From a virus (lineage: Duplodnaviria; Heunggongvirae; Uroviricota; Caudoviricetes): a stretch of DNA of 64,000 bases. The stretch lies in the IMG/VR virus record IMGVR_UViG_3300042901_002340. One strand, written 5' to 3'. Under the pieces are notes generated by a model, which was not told the DNA's origin, did no database searches, and worked only from the letters and a program-made list of their open reading frames with translations. Numbering within the stretch: the first letter of the stretch is position 1; each line of letters begins with the position of its first letter. The position numbers were made by a program, and so were the translations under genes. Shown piece by piece: positions 55,886-64,000 of the stretch.

Positions 55886-56131
55886 TTAAAATAGTTTTGG
55901 TTTGTTTTTAGATCCTCTCTTTTTGGGTAGATCTAAAACTTTAATTTCATTTTTATTTTCTACGATCTTTTTTTCAACTGGTTCATTTATTTTAGGCTCC
56001 TCAAAATCTATATCAATATTCAAAGAATCGTCACCAGAAACTATTATAGGAAATTTTATCTTAGATTTCTGATTTCTAGTTATCTCATTCTCCCAATTGT
56101 CTATTAAATTTTGCTGATCAATCTTAGTCAT
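55886..56131 (-). CDS. hypothetical protein
   Basis: Start reassigned to MTKIDQ, overlapping the primase stop. Confidence 0.6.
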   Translation of the reverse strand: MTKIDQQNLIDNWENEITRNQKSKIKFPIIVSGDDSLNIDIDFEEPKINEPVEKKIVENKNEIKVLDLPKKRGSKNKPKLF

Positions 56132-57188
56132 TGATAAAATATCTGAGGTCAAGTATATCATTCGTAAAATAGTTATCCATCCTTTTAACCTTTTTTCCAA
56201 TTGCTCTTAAGTGTATAACAAGATCATTAAGATCCCATTTTCTATTCTTGGTTATACCGTTCTCCTCGAGAAATTTACCCCAGTTAAAAACGGTCTCTCC
56301 CTTACTTAAAAGATCCATGCTTTTTCCTATTCCTGCTTTATCCCAGTCATAGAAGTATTTTTTGTTTTCGACATCAAAAGGAAATCTGTTCTCAAGCGAA
56401 CATAAACCAACAGAATTTGGCCAAAAGAAAGAATCCATTGGTCCTTCGAAAACTGTTATTTCGTGAGAGAAGTCAAGATTACCGATACCGAAAACATTTG
56501 ATATTGGATCGACATCCCTCGCTCTATCCAAAATGGATTCGTCAGTAATATTAAGTAACTTCTCGTATATTCCACTGAGCTTATAGGTTAAATATTTAGA
56601 ACTTCCTTTTATGGAGTTCATATTTCTAACCTGAAGCCCGATTATTTTCTCATCAGGAGTTAGATTGAACAGAAAGAGTCTTTCCTTTCTTGGATCCCAA
56701 GCAAATTTCATATCTGGCTTTTGGTGTCTCCTAGTAATATACCTATGTATAGAAGATCCGAAGACTTCCTGCAATCTAAGTTTTTTAATGAAATCCGCTC
56801 TAGATATTAATAGATCACTTATATCGTTATCAAAGAAATAAGTTATGTCTATCTTTCCTATGGCTGATCTTCTTTTTGTTTTATTTGTATCTATTATGGA
56901 CCTTAATTCCTCACGCTCCTCCCCACTAAATCTTGAATAGAGGGAAAAATCCTTAAAGAACGAAATTGAATCCTTGTAAATTCCACATCCACCATTATAA
57001 CATTTGTATGCCATAGTATCCATGTAGAAATTACCTCTTTTCTTTCTAGCATCATTCGAGTCTCCACAATAAGGACACGAGAAATTCAAACGATTCCCCG
57101 CTTTATAAACTATCTGTTTATTTGGATCTCTAGAAAATTCCTTTGCTAGAACGTCCCTTACTGCTCTTTCGATTTTATCTAGTTGCAT
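56124..57188 (-). CDS. DNA primase (gp61-like)
   Basis: Zn finger CPYCGDS...KCYN..C; TOPRIM FEGPMDS, DWD.AG, DLND. Confidence 0.9.
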   Translation of the reverse strand: MQLDKIERAVRDVLAKEFSRDPNKQIVYKAGNRLNFSCPYCGDSNDARKKRGNFYMDTMAYKCYNGGCGIYKDSISFFKDFSLYSRFSGEEREELRSIIDTNKTKRRSAIGKIDITYFFDNDISDLLISRADFIKKLRLQEVFGSSIHRYITRRHQKPDMKFAWDPRKERLFLFNLTPDEKIIGLQVRNMNSIKGSSKYLTYKLSGIYEKLLNITDESILDRARDVDPISNVFGIGNLDFSHEITVFEGPMDSFFWPNSVGLCSLENRFPFDVENKKYFYDWDKAGIGKSMDLLSKGETVFNWGKFLEENGITKNRKWDLNDLVIHLRAIGKKVKRMDNYFTNDILDLRYFIND

Positions 57189-57200
57189 CTTTACAAAATA

Positions 57201-57234
57201 AAAAGGGACAACTCGTCTAAGGAGATGTCCCTTT
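57201..57234. terminator. rho-independent terminator
   Basis: AAAGGGACA...TGTCCCTTT downstream of the SSB gene. Confidence 0.75.
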
Positions 57235-57245
57235 ATTTCTAATTA

Positions 57246-58226
57246 TTATAGGTCGTTATAAAGATCCTCTAATGAATTTGTTGAACTAGGAGCGCTAGTA
57301 GCTGAAGCAGCGGTATTTGCATACCCACTTACTTTAGTGTTACTAACTTCATCATATAGATCGTTAGCAGCATTACTTGTTTCTGGAGCGGGTTGTCTAG
57401 CAGGTGCTGATTGAGGAGCTGGTCTGGAAGGAGCTGAAGCAGCACCACCTAAGATTTCGTTAAGAACTCTTTGCTCTGGAACGCTGTTTCTGATAACCCC
57501 CATAACTTTCTCAGTAAGATCGTCATCCCAATCCTTATAATCAAAGCTTGTTAGATTCTTAGGTCCTTCGTTTAAATAAGCAAGAATAACCTCCATGTCC
57601 TTTTGGTTTTTCTCCATACCTTTACCATTAACCTTGATTGATGTTTTTTCACCAACGAAAGAGCAAAGGTCATAGTTATTCCACTCGCCAACTTTTCTTA
57701 CACTTACCGAAAATTCTCTTCCTTCAAAAAGATCGAAAGGATTGCAGGGAGCACCATATTCAGGTTGCAATTGAGCCTCGATCATATCGTTAAGCTTTTT
57801 ACCAAACTTGAAGATCATAATCTTCCCTTCTAATTCTGGTCTATTCTTATCTTGTACGATTTGAACTAAAGAATAGAAATCCTCCTTCCTTGCGAAGTTT
57901 TTAGATAACTCCTGATCAGCAGCAGAATGTGAATTCTTAAGTTTCCAGAATAAATCCTTTAATACCGATTTTTTACCAACAGTTGAAGGACAATCTGCAG
58001 AAAACCCGTCACCACTTACTGGATCTTTTAAATATACATAATATTTATGGATTTTTGATTTTGCTGGATTCTCCGGATTTGGTAAGAATCTAATCAATGA
58101 TTTATATACACCATCTTTACCATCCTCTGGATATGGTTTATAAAAATCATCTTTGTCTCCTCCTGTTGTTGGAACTTTTGTTACGAATGCCTCTGCATCC
58201 AAATTGAAAATGTCTAAATTACTCAT
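57246..58226 (-). CDS. single-stranded DNA-binding protein (gp32-like)
   Basis: IRFLP, PELEGKI.IFKFGKK, NPFDL.EG..F, NYD; acidic tip LEDLYNDL. Confidence 0.9.
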   Translation of the reverse strand: MSNLDIFNLDAEAFVTKVPTTGGDKDDFYKPYPEDGKDGVYKSLIRFLPNPENPAKSKIHKYYVYLKDPVSGDGFSADCPSTVGKKSVLKDLFWKLKNSHSAADQELSKNFARKEDFYSLVQIVQDKNRPELEGKIMIFKFGKKLNDMIEAQLQPEYGAPCNPFDLFEGREFSVSVRKVGEWNNYDLCSFVGEKTSIKVNGKGMEKNQKDMEVILAYLNEGPKNLTSFDYKDWDDDLTEKVMGVIRNSVPEQRVLNEILGGAASAPSRPAPQSAPARQPAPETSNAANDLYDEVSNTKVSGYANTAASATSAPSSTNSLEDLYNDL

Positions 58227-58303
58227 CTTTCTTAATTTTTTTAATTTGTTTTTTAATTTGTTTTTAATTCTTTAAATTTTACTTTTGTTTTTACTTTTGT
58301 TTC
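58227..58303 (-). promoter_or_regulatory. A-rich repetitive leader; candidate autogenous translational operator of the SSB gene
   Basis: (AAACAAAAGTAA)x2 and (AATTAAAAA)x3 directly before the ATG. Confidence 0.45.
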
Positions 58304-58459
58304 CTCTAATCTTATAATATTACATTTTTTTATTTTTATGGTGAATATCAAACAGCAAAAATACACCAGATAATTATTACCTAGTGTCAAATTGTATATG
58401 ATAAAATATTGATTGCGTGTTCTATGAATTGGGAAGACTCAGACAGAGCCAATAGGACA

Positions 58460-59182
58460 TTACCCCAATTTCTTTGTAGTTTTTTTACTTTTTGATTTTC
58501 CTTTAATAACCTCATTATTTCCTCTTAATTCCTCTTTTAAATACAAATTGACCCAAGTTGAATCGACAACGTCATCTATCGGCTTATTTATTGCCTTAGC
58601 TGGTGTTATCCATTCTGTTTTATTCTCTTCTAATATCTTACAGAATACATTTAAGTTTGTTTCATCCTCTCTTAAATTATATAAGGAGTGATATAATTCA
58701 TCCTTTTTTGCGTTACCCTTTACTGCGAATTTTTTTAAAGTTGTTGGTGAAAAAACATAAAAGTTTTCACTTCCAATTCTATCCATTATTCTTTCTCTCA
58801 GTAAGGCTGTCGCCATAGATATATCTACAAGTGAGTTGCCATTAGACGAAAAACTTAGACCCTCCATTGCTACGTGGAATGGTTCATCGCCCATAACTTC
58901 TAATATAGAACTCCAAAGAACTTCAACAACTTCTAAGAAGTAATCCATTTTTTCTCTTTCCCTAGCAGAATATTCTGTGGTAAATTCTTGTTTTTTTAAT
59001 ACCTTTATAACAAAGCTATCATCAGAATCAAGTATAAAATATGGTTTTTTCTTATTCTTTAATAAAGATTCAAACGTTCTGTCCGATCTTGAAACTGATC
59101 CCCATATATATCTATTATTCTTGAAACAGCAGAATGCGGGGGAGTTCAGAGAAAAGTCGATGCCAACGCAACGTAAATTCAT
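58460..59182 (-). CDS. RuvC-like Holliday junction resolvase
   Basis: GIDFSLNSPA, MEGLSF, P..LKKFA.KGNA.KD, DD.VDS. Confidence 0.8.
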   Translation of the reverse strand: MNLRCVGIDFSLNSPAFCCFKNNRYIWGSVSRSDRTFESLLKNKKKPYFILDSDDSFVIKVLKKQEFTTEYSAREREKMDYFLEVVEVLWSSILEVMGDEPFHVAMEGLSFSSNGNSLVDISMATALLRERIMDRIGSENFYVFSPTTLKKFAVKGNAKKDELYHSLYNLREDETNLNVFCKILEENKTEWITPAKAINKPIDDVVDSTWVNLYLKEELRGNNEVIKGKSKSKKTTKKLG

Positions 59183-59193
59183 ATAATTATTTG

Positions 59194-59430
59194 TTACTGG
59201 TTAATATCCTGTTTTTGTCCAACCGAATTTGTTGTTCCATAAACTTTAGATAATTTACCGAAACAGGTCTTAACTTGCTCCTCAGTAAGACAATCTATAA
59301 TATCGTCAAGGACTCTTCTATCGTTACCACAAGCTGCGATAAGTAGATTTTTCATATGATCTTTCTCACCATATAGCGGTTGACCATATTTTGCTTCATT
59401 TAATTCTTTTAAATCGGAGAATGTTTTCAT
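59194..59430 (-). CDS. putative head-internal protein
   Basis: MKTFSDLKELNE, the closest match to the T4 CTS. Confidence 0.7.
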   Translation of the reverse strand: MKTFSDLKELNEAKYGQPLYGEKDHMKNLLIAACGNDRRVLDDIIDCLTEEQVKTCFGKLSKVYGTTNSVGQKQDINQ

Positions 59431-59448
59431 TTTAATTTGTTTGTTTAA

Positions 59449-59458
59449 GTATATATCT
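59449..59458 (-). promoter_or_regulatory. putative late promoter AGATATATAC
   Basis: Recurrent motif. Confidence 0.6.
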
Positions 59459-60005
59459 ACTTTGCTTCCAGAACTATATCAAGATAGTTACATTTGAAAC
59501 CAAGTGTAAATGGGGTAAATTGATTTGTGTTTGATGCATAACTTAATTGTAACTCGGAATATGATGTTAATATTACTTCCTTAAATGTTACAGAAGTTAC
59601 TATATTACCTTCATTGTCCATTATTCTTAGGGGCAAATCAGGTAATCTTAACTGATCATTTTTAAAATTAAGAAAATTCAATATTGTATCCAGCATAATA
59701 AAATAGTTTATGAAACCATCAACATTTTTAAATCCAATACTAAAATCATGAGAAAATAAATCCTGGACGTTAGTTGAGCTTTTATATGATATCTTTTTTC
59801 CAAGATTTCTGATCTGCTCTACTGAGTCTATAGTCATATTAGGAAATCCTATCGTTTGTATAGTACTATTCATATAGTCATTTATATTATCAAACGGTAT
59901 TGGTTGTTTCTTAATATATGGTAAATATTTATCCACTACCTTAGGAGGAAAAAATCCTCTAGGAAAAACAAAATAAAAACTATTACCTTTTGGGTTTAAT
60001 AACAT
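59457..60005 (-). CDS. putative tail tube / tail completion (gp3/gp19-fold) protein
   Basis: IQ...FP..T, LRIMDNEG, V.F.....TS.SEL.L.Y, F...F pattern. Confidence 0.5.
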   Translation of the reverse strand: MLLNPKGNSFYFVFPRGFFPPKVVDKYLPYIKKQPIPFDNINDYMNSTIQTIGFPNMTIDSVEQIRNLGKKISYKSSTNVQDLFSHDFSIGFKNVDGFINYFIMLDTILNFLNFKNDQLRLPDLPLRIMDNEGNIVTSVTFKEVILTSYSELQLSYASNTNQFTPFTLGFKCNYLDIVLEAK

Positions 60006-60020
60006 AACAAATTATTTGAT

Positions 60021-62369
60021 TTAGAGTCCTAGTAAGTTAAGGTTTCCGAAAGAACCTCCCCTTAATTTTCTAATTGTTGCAGGTGCTAATATTCCCTTAC
60101 CTGCTTTAATTACATCATCCTTAGTGATGTTAGGATACTTAATTCTTCCAGGTTTACCAGGTCTAAGGAAATAACTAACAATAGTTCTATCTGCCCATCC
60201 AATAGCTTTATAACCTCTCATTTCTGCACTTATAGCAGCTATTTTAGCAGAACCTAATAATACCTGATTTGTTGAAGCAACTGCAGGGGTTTGTACACCA
60301 ACGGTTCCAGAAGCTCCAGGAGAAGCAGGAAGTATCGATTTTATAGACGGACTAGGTGCATTAACCTGCTCGGTTATTGGTGCTCCTGTTGATCCAGTAG
60401 ATCCAGCAGAAACAGGGACACTTGTTGATCCGGTAACTCCAGTAGAAAAATCTTCCTCACCATTCTTTTTCCAGTATCCCCAATACATAACAGAATTTGA
60501 GTTATTAACGGGGGTTAGTATATTATTATTAGCAGCGGTATTAGTGAAATTATTTGCTCCACTTATTGCATTACTTGCATCTCTTCTATCAGAAATTACA
60601 GACTCTATAGATTTCTCCAAAACGTTATTGGTTGTACCTGCATTAACCGTAATTGTACTTTTATCAGCAGCAGAAAGAGTGGTTTGATTTATAGAAACAC
60701 CATTAGTTATAAAGAATCTTCTATCGTTTATCTGTAGAATTCTAGTAGCTGCGGATTCATCAATCTTGAATGCAATTTCACCTAATGCTGGATTTGCTAT
60801 CGTGTTATCTTTAAGTGAAGGAATCTGTATTTTACCACCACTAAGATCTATAAAAGATATATTAAATTCACCGGAACTTGTGAGATCCACTGAGACAGGG
60901 TCATCTGATGGACCGCTCTTAATGAATTTGAACTTTAAATAAGTATCAAAGGGAGAAATAGCTATGGTTAATTTTCCGCTCCCCATCGCAATAGTTGTCG
61001 ATGCACCAGTATCTATTCTTAATGAATTATTACTAAAGTTAAGACTGTTCACCGAAGCAGTAACATAATTCTGATTTATAAAAACATTCGTATATTTCAC
61101 TATTTCCCTTGGTGTAGGATTATTGCTACTCATGTTTATTGTTGGTTGTGAATATATTCTGTTGTATATCTTCTGAACCTGCGGAAAATTACTTAGTTGT
61201 ATTGGTTTTATCTTTAAGCCCCATTCTGCTGGGCTAGATGATGTATATGAGGATATCCTTATCGTTCTACTCTGATCCACACTATTTATTAGCGTCATTG
61301 TGTATCTAAGGGTAAAACTAGCAGCAACAGATGCATTTCTAACTATGGGTCTGTAATAATTTGGTGAGTCATAAGCTGTTGTCTGAATAGAATCAAAATG
61401 AGATGTTCTTATTAGTGATGCACCAATCTGCTCAAGAATCTCTATTTGGTGACCGATATAATACGAATTACCAAGGGAGTTTTGGAATAATATAAAATCC
61501 TCAATAAACCCCTCATTATCAGTTGCATAGAATTCAAAAAATTCCCCCCTATCGGAAGGTCTTATTGTTGCACCTATATTAGCAAACTGATCCTCCTGTT
61601 CTAGTGAAAGTGTAGCTATCTTGGATGATTCATATCTAGCATACCCAGCATAATCAACTGTGCTTTGAACCTGCCAAGCAGATATTCTAATTGGTGAATT
61701 ATAGATGAACCCAAACCCACTATGACTTATAAGTCCAGCTAGAGTCTGTGGCTTAAATACTGAGGATGAAGCTTGATATTTATTATTCATATCCCTAAGA
61801 TTAGGAATCTTTATCTCTATGTACTTATCATAAATATTTGAACCTATGGTAACAGGACTAGGATTAAGATTATAATCATCGCTTGTTCCTTTCTTTATAA
61901 GAATTTGAGAAACAGTTACTGGAGTATTATCGACATCAGCATATTCTATCGACATTATAAGACCATCAATATTTCCAAGATTATAACCTGCTCTTATGTG
62001 ATATCTAACAGTATCATAAACAACCAAAAGATTGGATGGGAAATCTATGGGCAAATTGACAGTATTTGTTAATTCGTCTGTATAATCATTAAAAGGTATA
62101 ATGAGATTAGAATCAAGAGTAACAAAAGAGTTTTCGCTTATTCTAACGACACTGTTCTGTGTGGTATTATGAGTTATGAAATAATCCCCATTAGGGTTGA
62201 ATATTTGAACCTCACCAGATCTAAATCCATTTATAAGTTTATCGTAACCAACCGTTGATGGACCGGTATTAACAAAATATGTTTCCGGTTGTGGTTGATC
62301 CGCATACATGTATTCCATAAGTAAATATGGAGTTATCTGAACGAACTTAGAAGATGTGCTAAATGCCAT
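60021..62369 (-). CDS. large putative virion structural protein
   Basis: 782 aa, S/T/N-rich, beta-rich; structural neighbourhood. Confidence 0.6.
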   Translation of the reverse strand: MAFSTSSKFVQITPYLLMEYMYADQPQPETYFVNTGPSTVGYDKLINGFRSGEVQIFNPNGDYFITHNTTQNSVVRISENSFVTLDSNLIIPFNDYTDELTNTVNLPIDFPSNLLVVYDTVRYHIRAGYNLGNIDGLIMSIEYADVDNTPVTVSQILIKKGTSDDYNLNPSPVTIGSNIYDKYIEIKIPNLRDMNNKYQASSSVFKPQTLAGLISHSGFGFIYNSPIRISAWQVQSTVDYAGYARYESSKIATLSLEQEDQFANIGATIRPSDRGEFFEFYATDNEGFIEDFILFQNSLGNSYYIGHQIEILEQIGASLIRTSHFDSIQTTAYDSPNYYRPIVRNASVAASFTLRYTMTLINSVDQSRTIRISSYTSSSPAEWGLKIKPIQLSNFPQVQKIYNRIYSQPTINMSSNNPTPREIVKYTNVFINQNYVTASVNSLNFSNNSLRIDTGASTTIAMGSGKLTIAISPFDTYLKFKFIKSGPSDDPVSVDLTSSGEFNISFIDLSGGKIQIPSLKDNTIANPALGEIAFKIDESAATRILQINDRRFFITNGVSINQTTLSAADKSTITVNAGTTNNVLEKSIESVISDRRDASNAISGANNFTNTAANNNILTPVNNSNSVMYWGYWKKNGEEDFSTGVTGSTSVPVSAGSTGSTGAPITEQVNAPSPSIKSILPASPGASGTVGVQTPAVASTNQVLLGSAKIAAISAEMRGYKAIGWADRTIVSYFLRPGKPGRIKYPNITKDDVIKAGKGILAPATIRKLRGGSFGNLNLLGL

Positions 62370-62393
62370 TTTTGTTTTATACTTTTTTACGAA

Positions 62394-62906
62394 TTAGTTA
62401 ATAACACCAACAGATGTCAGAATAAGACCAATTATAGCTAATGAACCAAGACCTCCACCAATAATCATCTTGGTTTTCAATTTTCCTAATTGCTTATCCT
62501 TCTCGTCTATTACATCTTGTCTATTAGCCAATTGTTTTTCGAGAATGCTATTTCTTTTCATCCACCCAAGTATTTCACCCTGAAGGGACTCTATTTTTTC
62601 ATCCTTAACTAATAATTGACCCTCTTGTTTACTCACGGTTAAATTCAATTTAGCAATTACGACGTCCTTTTCCGATATAACCTTAACACACAAGTTCTCG
62701 TATTCCTTCATCTTTATATCCTGAGCTTCGAATTTCTCCAATAGATCGGAATTATTATTAAGCTTCATTGCCTGTGGTATAGTCATCACTATAACTTTCT
62801 TCCCAAGAGAATCAGTCTCAAATCTAGGGTACTTAATTTCAGGGGTTACTTGGGAAAACACACTAGTCAAAACTAGGGTCATCAAAATTGTAAAAAAACT
62901 TCTCAT
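62394..62906 (-). CDS. exported coiled-coil protein with C-terminal TM (spanin-like?)
   Basis: Signal peptide VFS|Q, coiled coil, hydrophobic C-terminus. Confidence 0.6.
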   Translation of the reverse strand: MRSFFTILMTLVLTSVFSQVTPEIKYPRFETDSLGKKVIVMTIPQAMKLNNNSDLLEKFEAQDIKMKEYENLCVKVISEKDVVIAKLNLTVSKQEGQLLVKDEKIESLQGEILGWMKRNSILEKQLANRQDVIDEKDKQLGKLKTKMIIGGGLGSLAIIGLILTSVGVIN

Positions 62907-62913
62907 TTTTATT

Positions 62914-63372
62914 TTAATTCATTTTTTTAATTAGAGCCTCTAAAAGCTCATTGTCACTCAAACTTGGTGGATTTTTCTTAAGATACTCTATCTCCCTTCT
63001 ATTCTCCGAAATTCCGGATTGAAGTTTATCCAAATCATGTTTGGATTTTTTAGCTTTATCCTCAGCTGCTTTGGTAGCAGACTTTAGTCTAGATACCTCA
63101 AGCTCTAGCTGTTTATCCCTCTTGTCGGCATCCTCGTATTTACTTTTCCAATCAGCAATCTCTGAATCAGCGGCAACTTTATCTTTTTCAAGCTTTTTAA
63201 ATTCTGTTTCCAGTTGTTTAATTTTCTCCTTCGAAACGTCGCTTCCGCCGAAAAACCACATAGAACCAAATACCATACTCATAAGAAGGAGTATGATTAT
63301 CAGGATGGTTTTAAGGTCAAATTTATCAGCGAATTTAAACTGCAGGTTAGTCGATTTTTCAGGTGTTTCCAT
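62914..63372 (-). CDS. membrane-anchored coiled-coil protein (i-spanin-like?)
   Basis: N-terminal TM then a long heptad region. Confidence 0.6.
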   Translation of the reverse strand: METPEKSTNLQFKFADKFDLKTILIIILLLMSMVFGSMWFFGGSDVSKEKIKQLETEFKKLEKDKVAADSEIADWKSKYEDADKRDKQLELEVSRLKSATKAAEDKAKKSKHDLDKLQSGISENRREIEYLKKNPPSLSDNELLEALIKKMN

Positions 63373-63619
63373 CTATAGTCTCTTTTTTCCAGGTTAGCGT
63401 AAGTGGATCTAAAGTCCCGTTACCATATTTTTGCGTTAAGTCTTTTATGAAATCTTTCTCAGAGTTTCTACATTTCTCCAATTCATTAATTAATTTACCC
63501 GATTTTTCATTCATTAATCTCATCGTGTCTTCTATTTTGAAGATGTCCTGATGAACCTTTATGAATTTTTTAGATAATCTTAATAATCTCTCTTTTTCCT
63601 GATCTGTTAGGTCTTTCAT
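63359..63619 (-). CDS. small coiled-coil protein
   Basis: L..KYG.G.LD..T motif; behind a GATATATA motif. Confidence 0.7.
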   Translation of the reverse strand: MKDLTDQEKERLLRLSKKFIKVHQDIFKIEDTMRLMNEKSGKLINELEKCRNSEKDFIKDLTQKYGNGTLDPLTLTWKKETIDGNT

Positions 63620-63633
63620 AGTTTATATTTTTA

Positions 63634-63643
63634 TTATATATCA
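63634..63643 (-). promoter_or_regulatory. putative late promoter TGATATATAA
   Basis: Recurrent motif. Confidence 0.6.
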
Positions 63644-63662
63644 AAAATTTTATTCGATGACA

Positions 63663-64000
63663 TTAACCTTGGATATCGCTATTAACTAATCCACTATTTT
63701 CTGATACGGTAGAACAATCTATCAGATAACTAAATCCTGAAGCTACTACAACAGGCGTAGGGTTAGCGAAGTTATTCGATGTTACATTAGCTCCATATAG
63801 AGTCTGAGCAAACGCAACTACTTCCTGCCCAGTGGAAAGTGAGGTTCTTATTATTCTCAACTCAGCAGAAGCACCAACGAAAACTCCGCTATTACCGCCC
63901 GATGAAACTGAAGCAAATATTCTATCACCCACCGAATAAGGCAAGGTTCCACTTCCTGAGGTTGTTCTATCAATAAGTCGATTTGTAGTTCCTGTCCCAT
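63663..64000 (-). CDS. 3' end of a S/T/G-rich putative virion/fiber protein (partial; starts outside the window)
   Basis: Frame is open from the window edge (GTGTTNRLIDRTTSGSGTLPYSVG...) to the stop at 63663. Confidence 0.65.
   Translation of the reverse strand, partial: GTGTTNRLIDRTTSGSGTLPYSVGDRIFASVSSGGNSGVFVGASAELRIIRTSLSTGQEVVAFAQTLYGANVTSNNFANPTPVVVASGFSYLIDCSTVSENSGLVNSDIQG

Noticed and set aside
1041-63551. Numerous short plus-strand ORFs in the track (e.g. 10675..10914 Ser-rich, 29140..29526, 35205..35708, 48241..48531, 63041..63397)
   Set aside because: They are antisense shadows of well-supported minus-strand genes and have no motifs. Only 25176, 44527 and 44832 have promoters, tags and free space.
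1-64000. Alternative genetic code (TAG or TGA recoding) as in some Bacteroidota megaphages
   Set aside because: Conserved enzymes translate full-length in code 11 with high coding density, and TAG/TGA act as true stops. The split genes are explained by intein halves or distant loci.

Overview
This 64 kb, very AT-rich, gene-dense window is almost entirely minus-strand. It looks like part of a T4-related (Tevenvirinae-like core genes) jumbo phage using the standard genetic code. Bacteroidota-type TAnnTTTG promoters, Gln at +1 after signal peptides, DUF4494/Hc1 genes and a GKNN...AA tmRNA tag point to a Bacteroidota host. The left ~25 kb is accessory and nucleotide metabolism: thioesterase, DHFR, ThyA, cyclophilin, RNase HII, phosphoesterases, an intein-containing dCMP-type TS homolog, an ATP-grasp ligase and a tmRNA. 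The right part is replication and repair: a PolB split over two genes 14 kb apart, clamp, topoisomerase II subunits, DnaJ, UvsE, Adk, NrdAB, gp56-like dCTPase, MBD4-like glycosylase, UvsW helicase fractured by a split intein with a free-standing endonuclease, UvsY, primase, SSB and RuvC, followed by virion genes. Highlights: (1) about 15-19 proteins, several of them enzymes, share a T4-like capsid-targeting motif and mostly lie behind a GATATATA promoter; one such operon encodes an RNA-ligase/HxGH-nucleotidyltransferase fusion plus a Pol-beta NTase. (2) A probable cytosine-modification pathway. (3) Small ORFs carrying major-capsid-protein (Gol-like) and ThyA fragments. (4) A gene enclosed by a long-range RNA duplex with a structured leader. 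(5) A tmRNA with a 25-aa tag. All product calls come from motif recognition by eye; no database searches were run.
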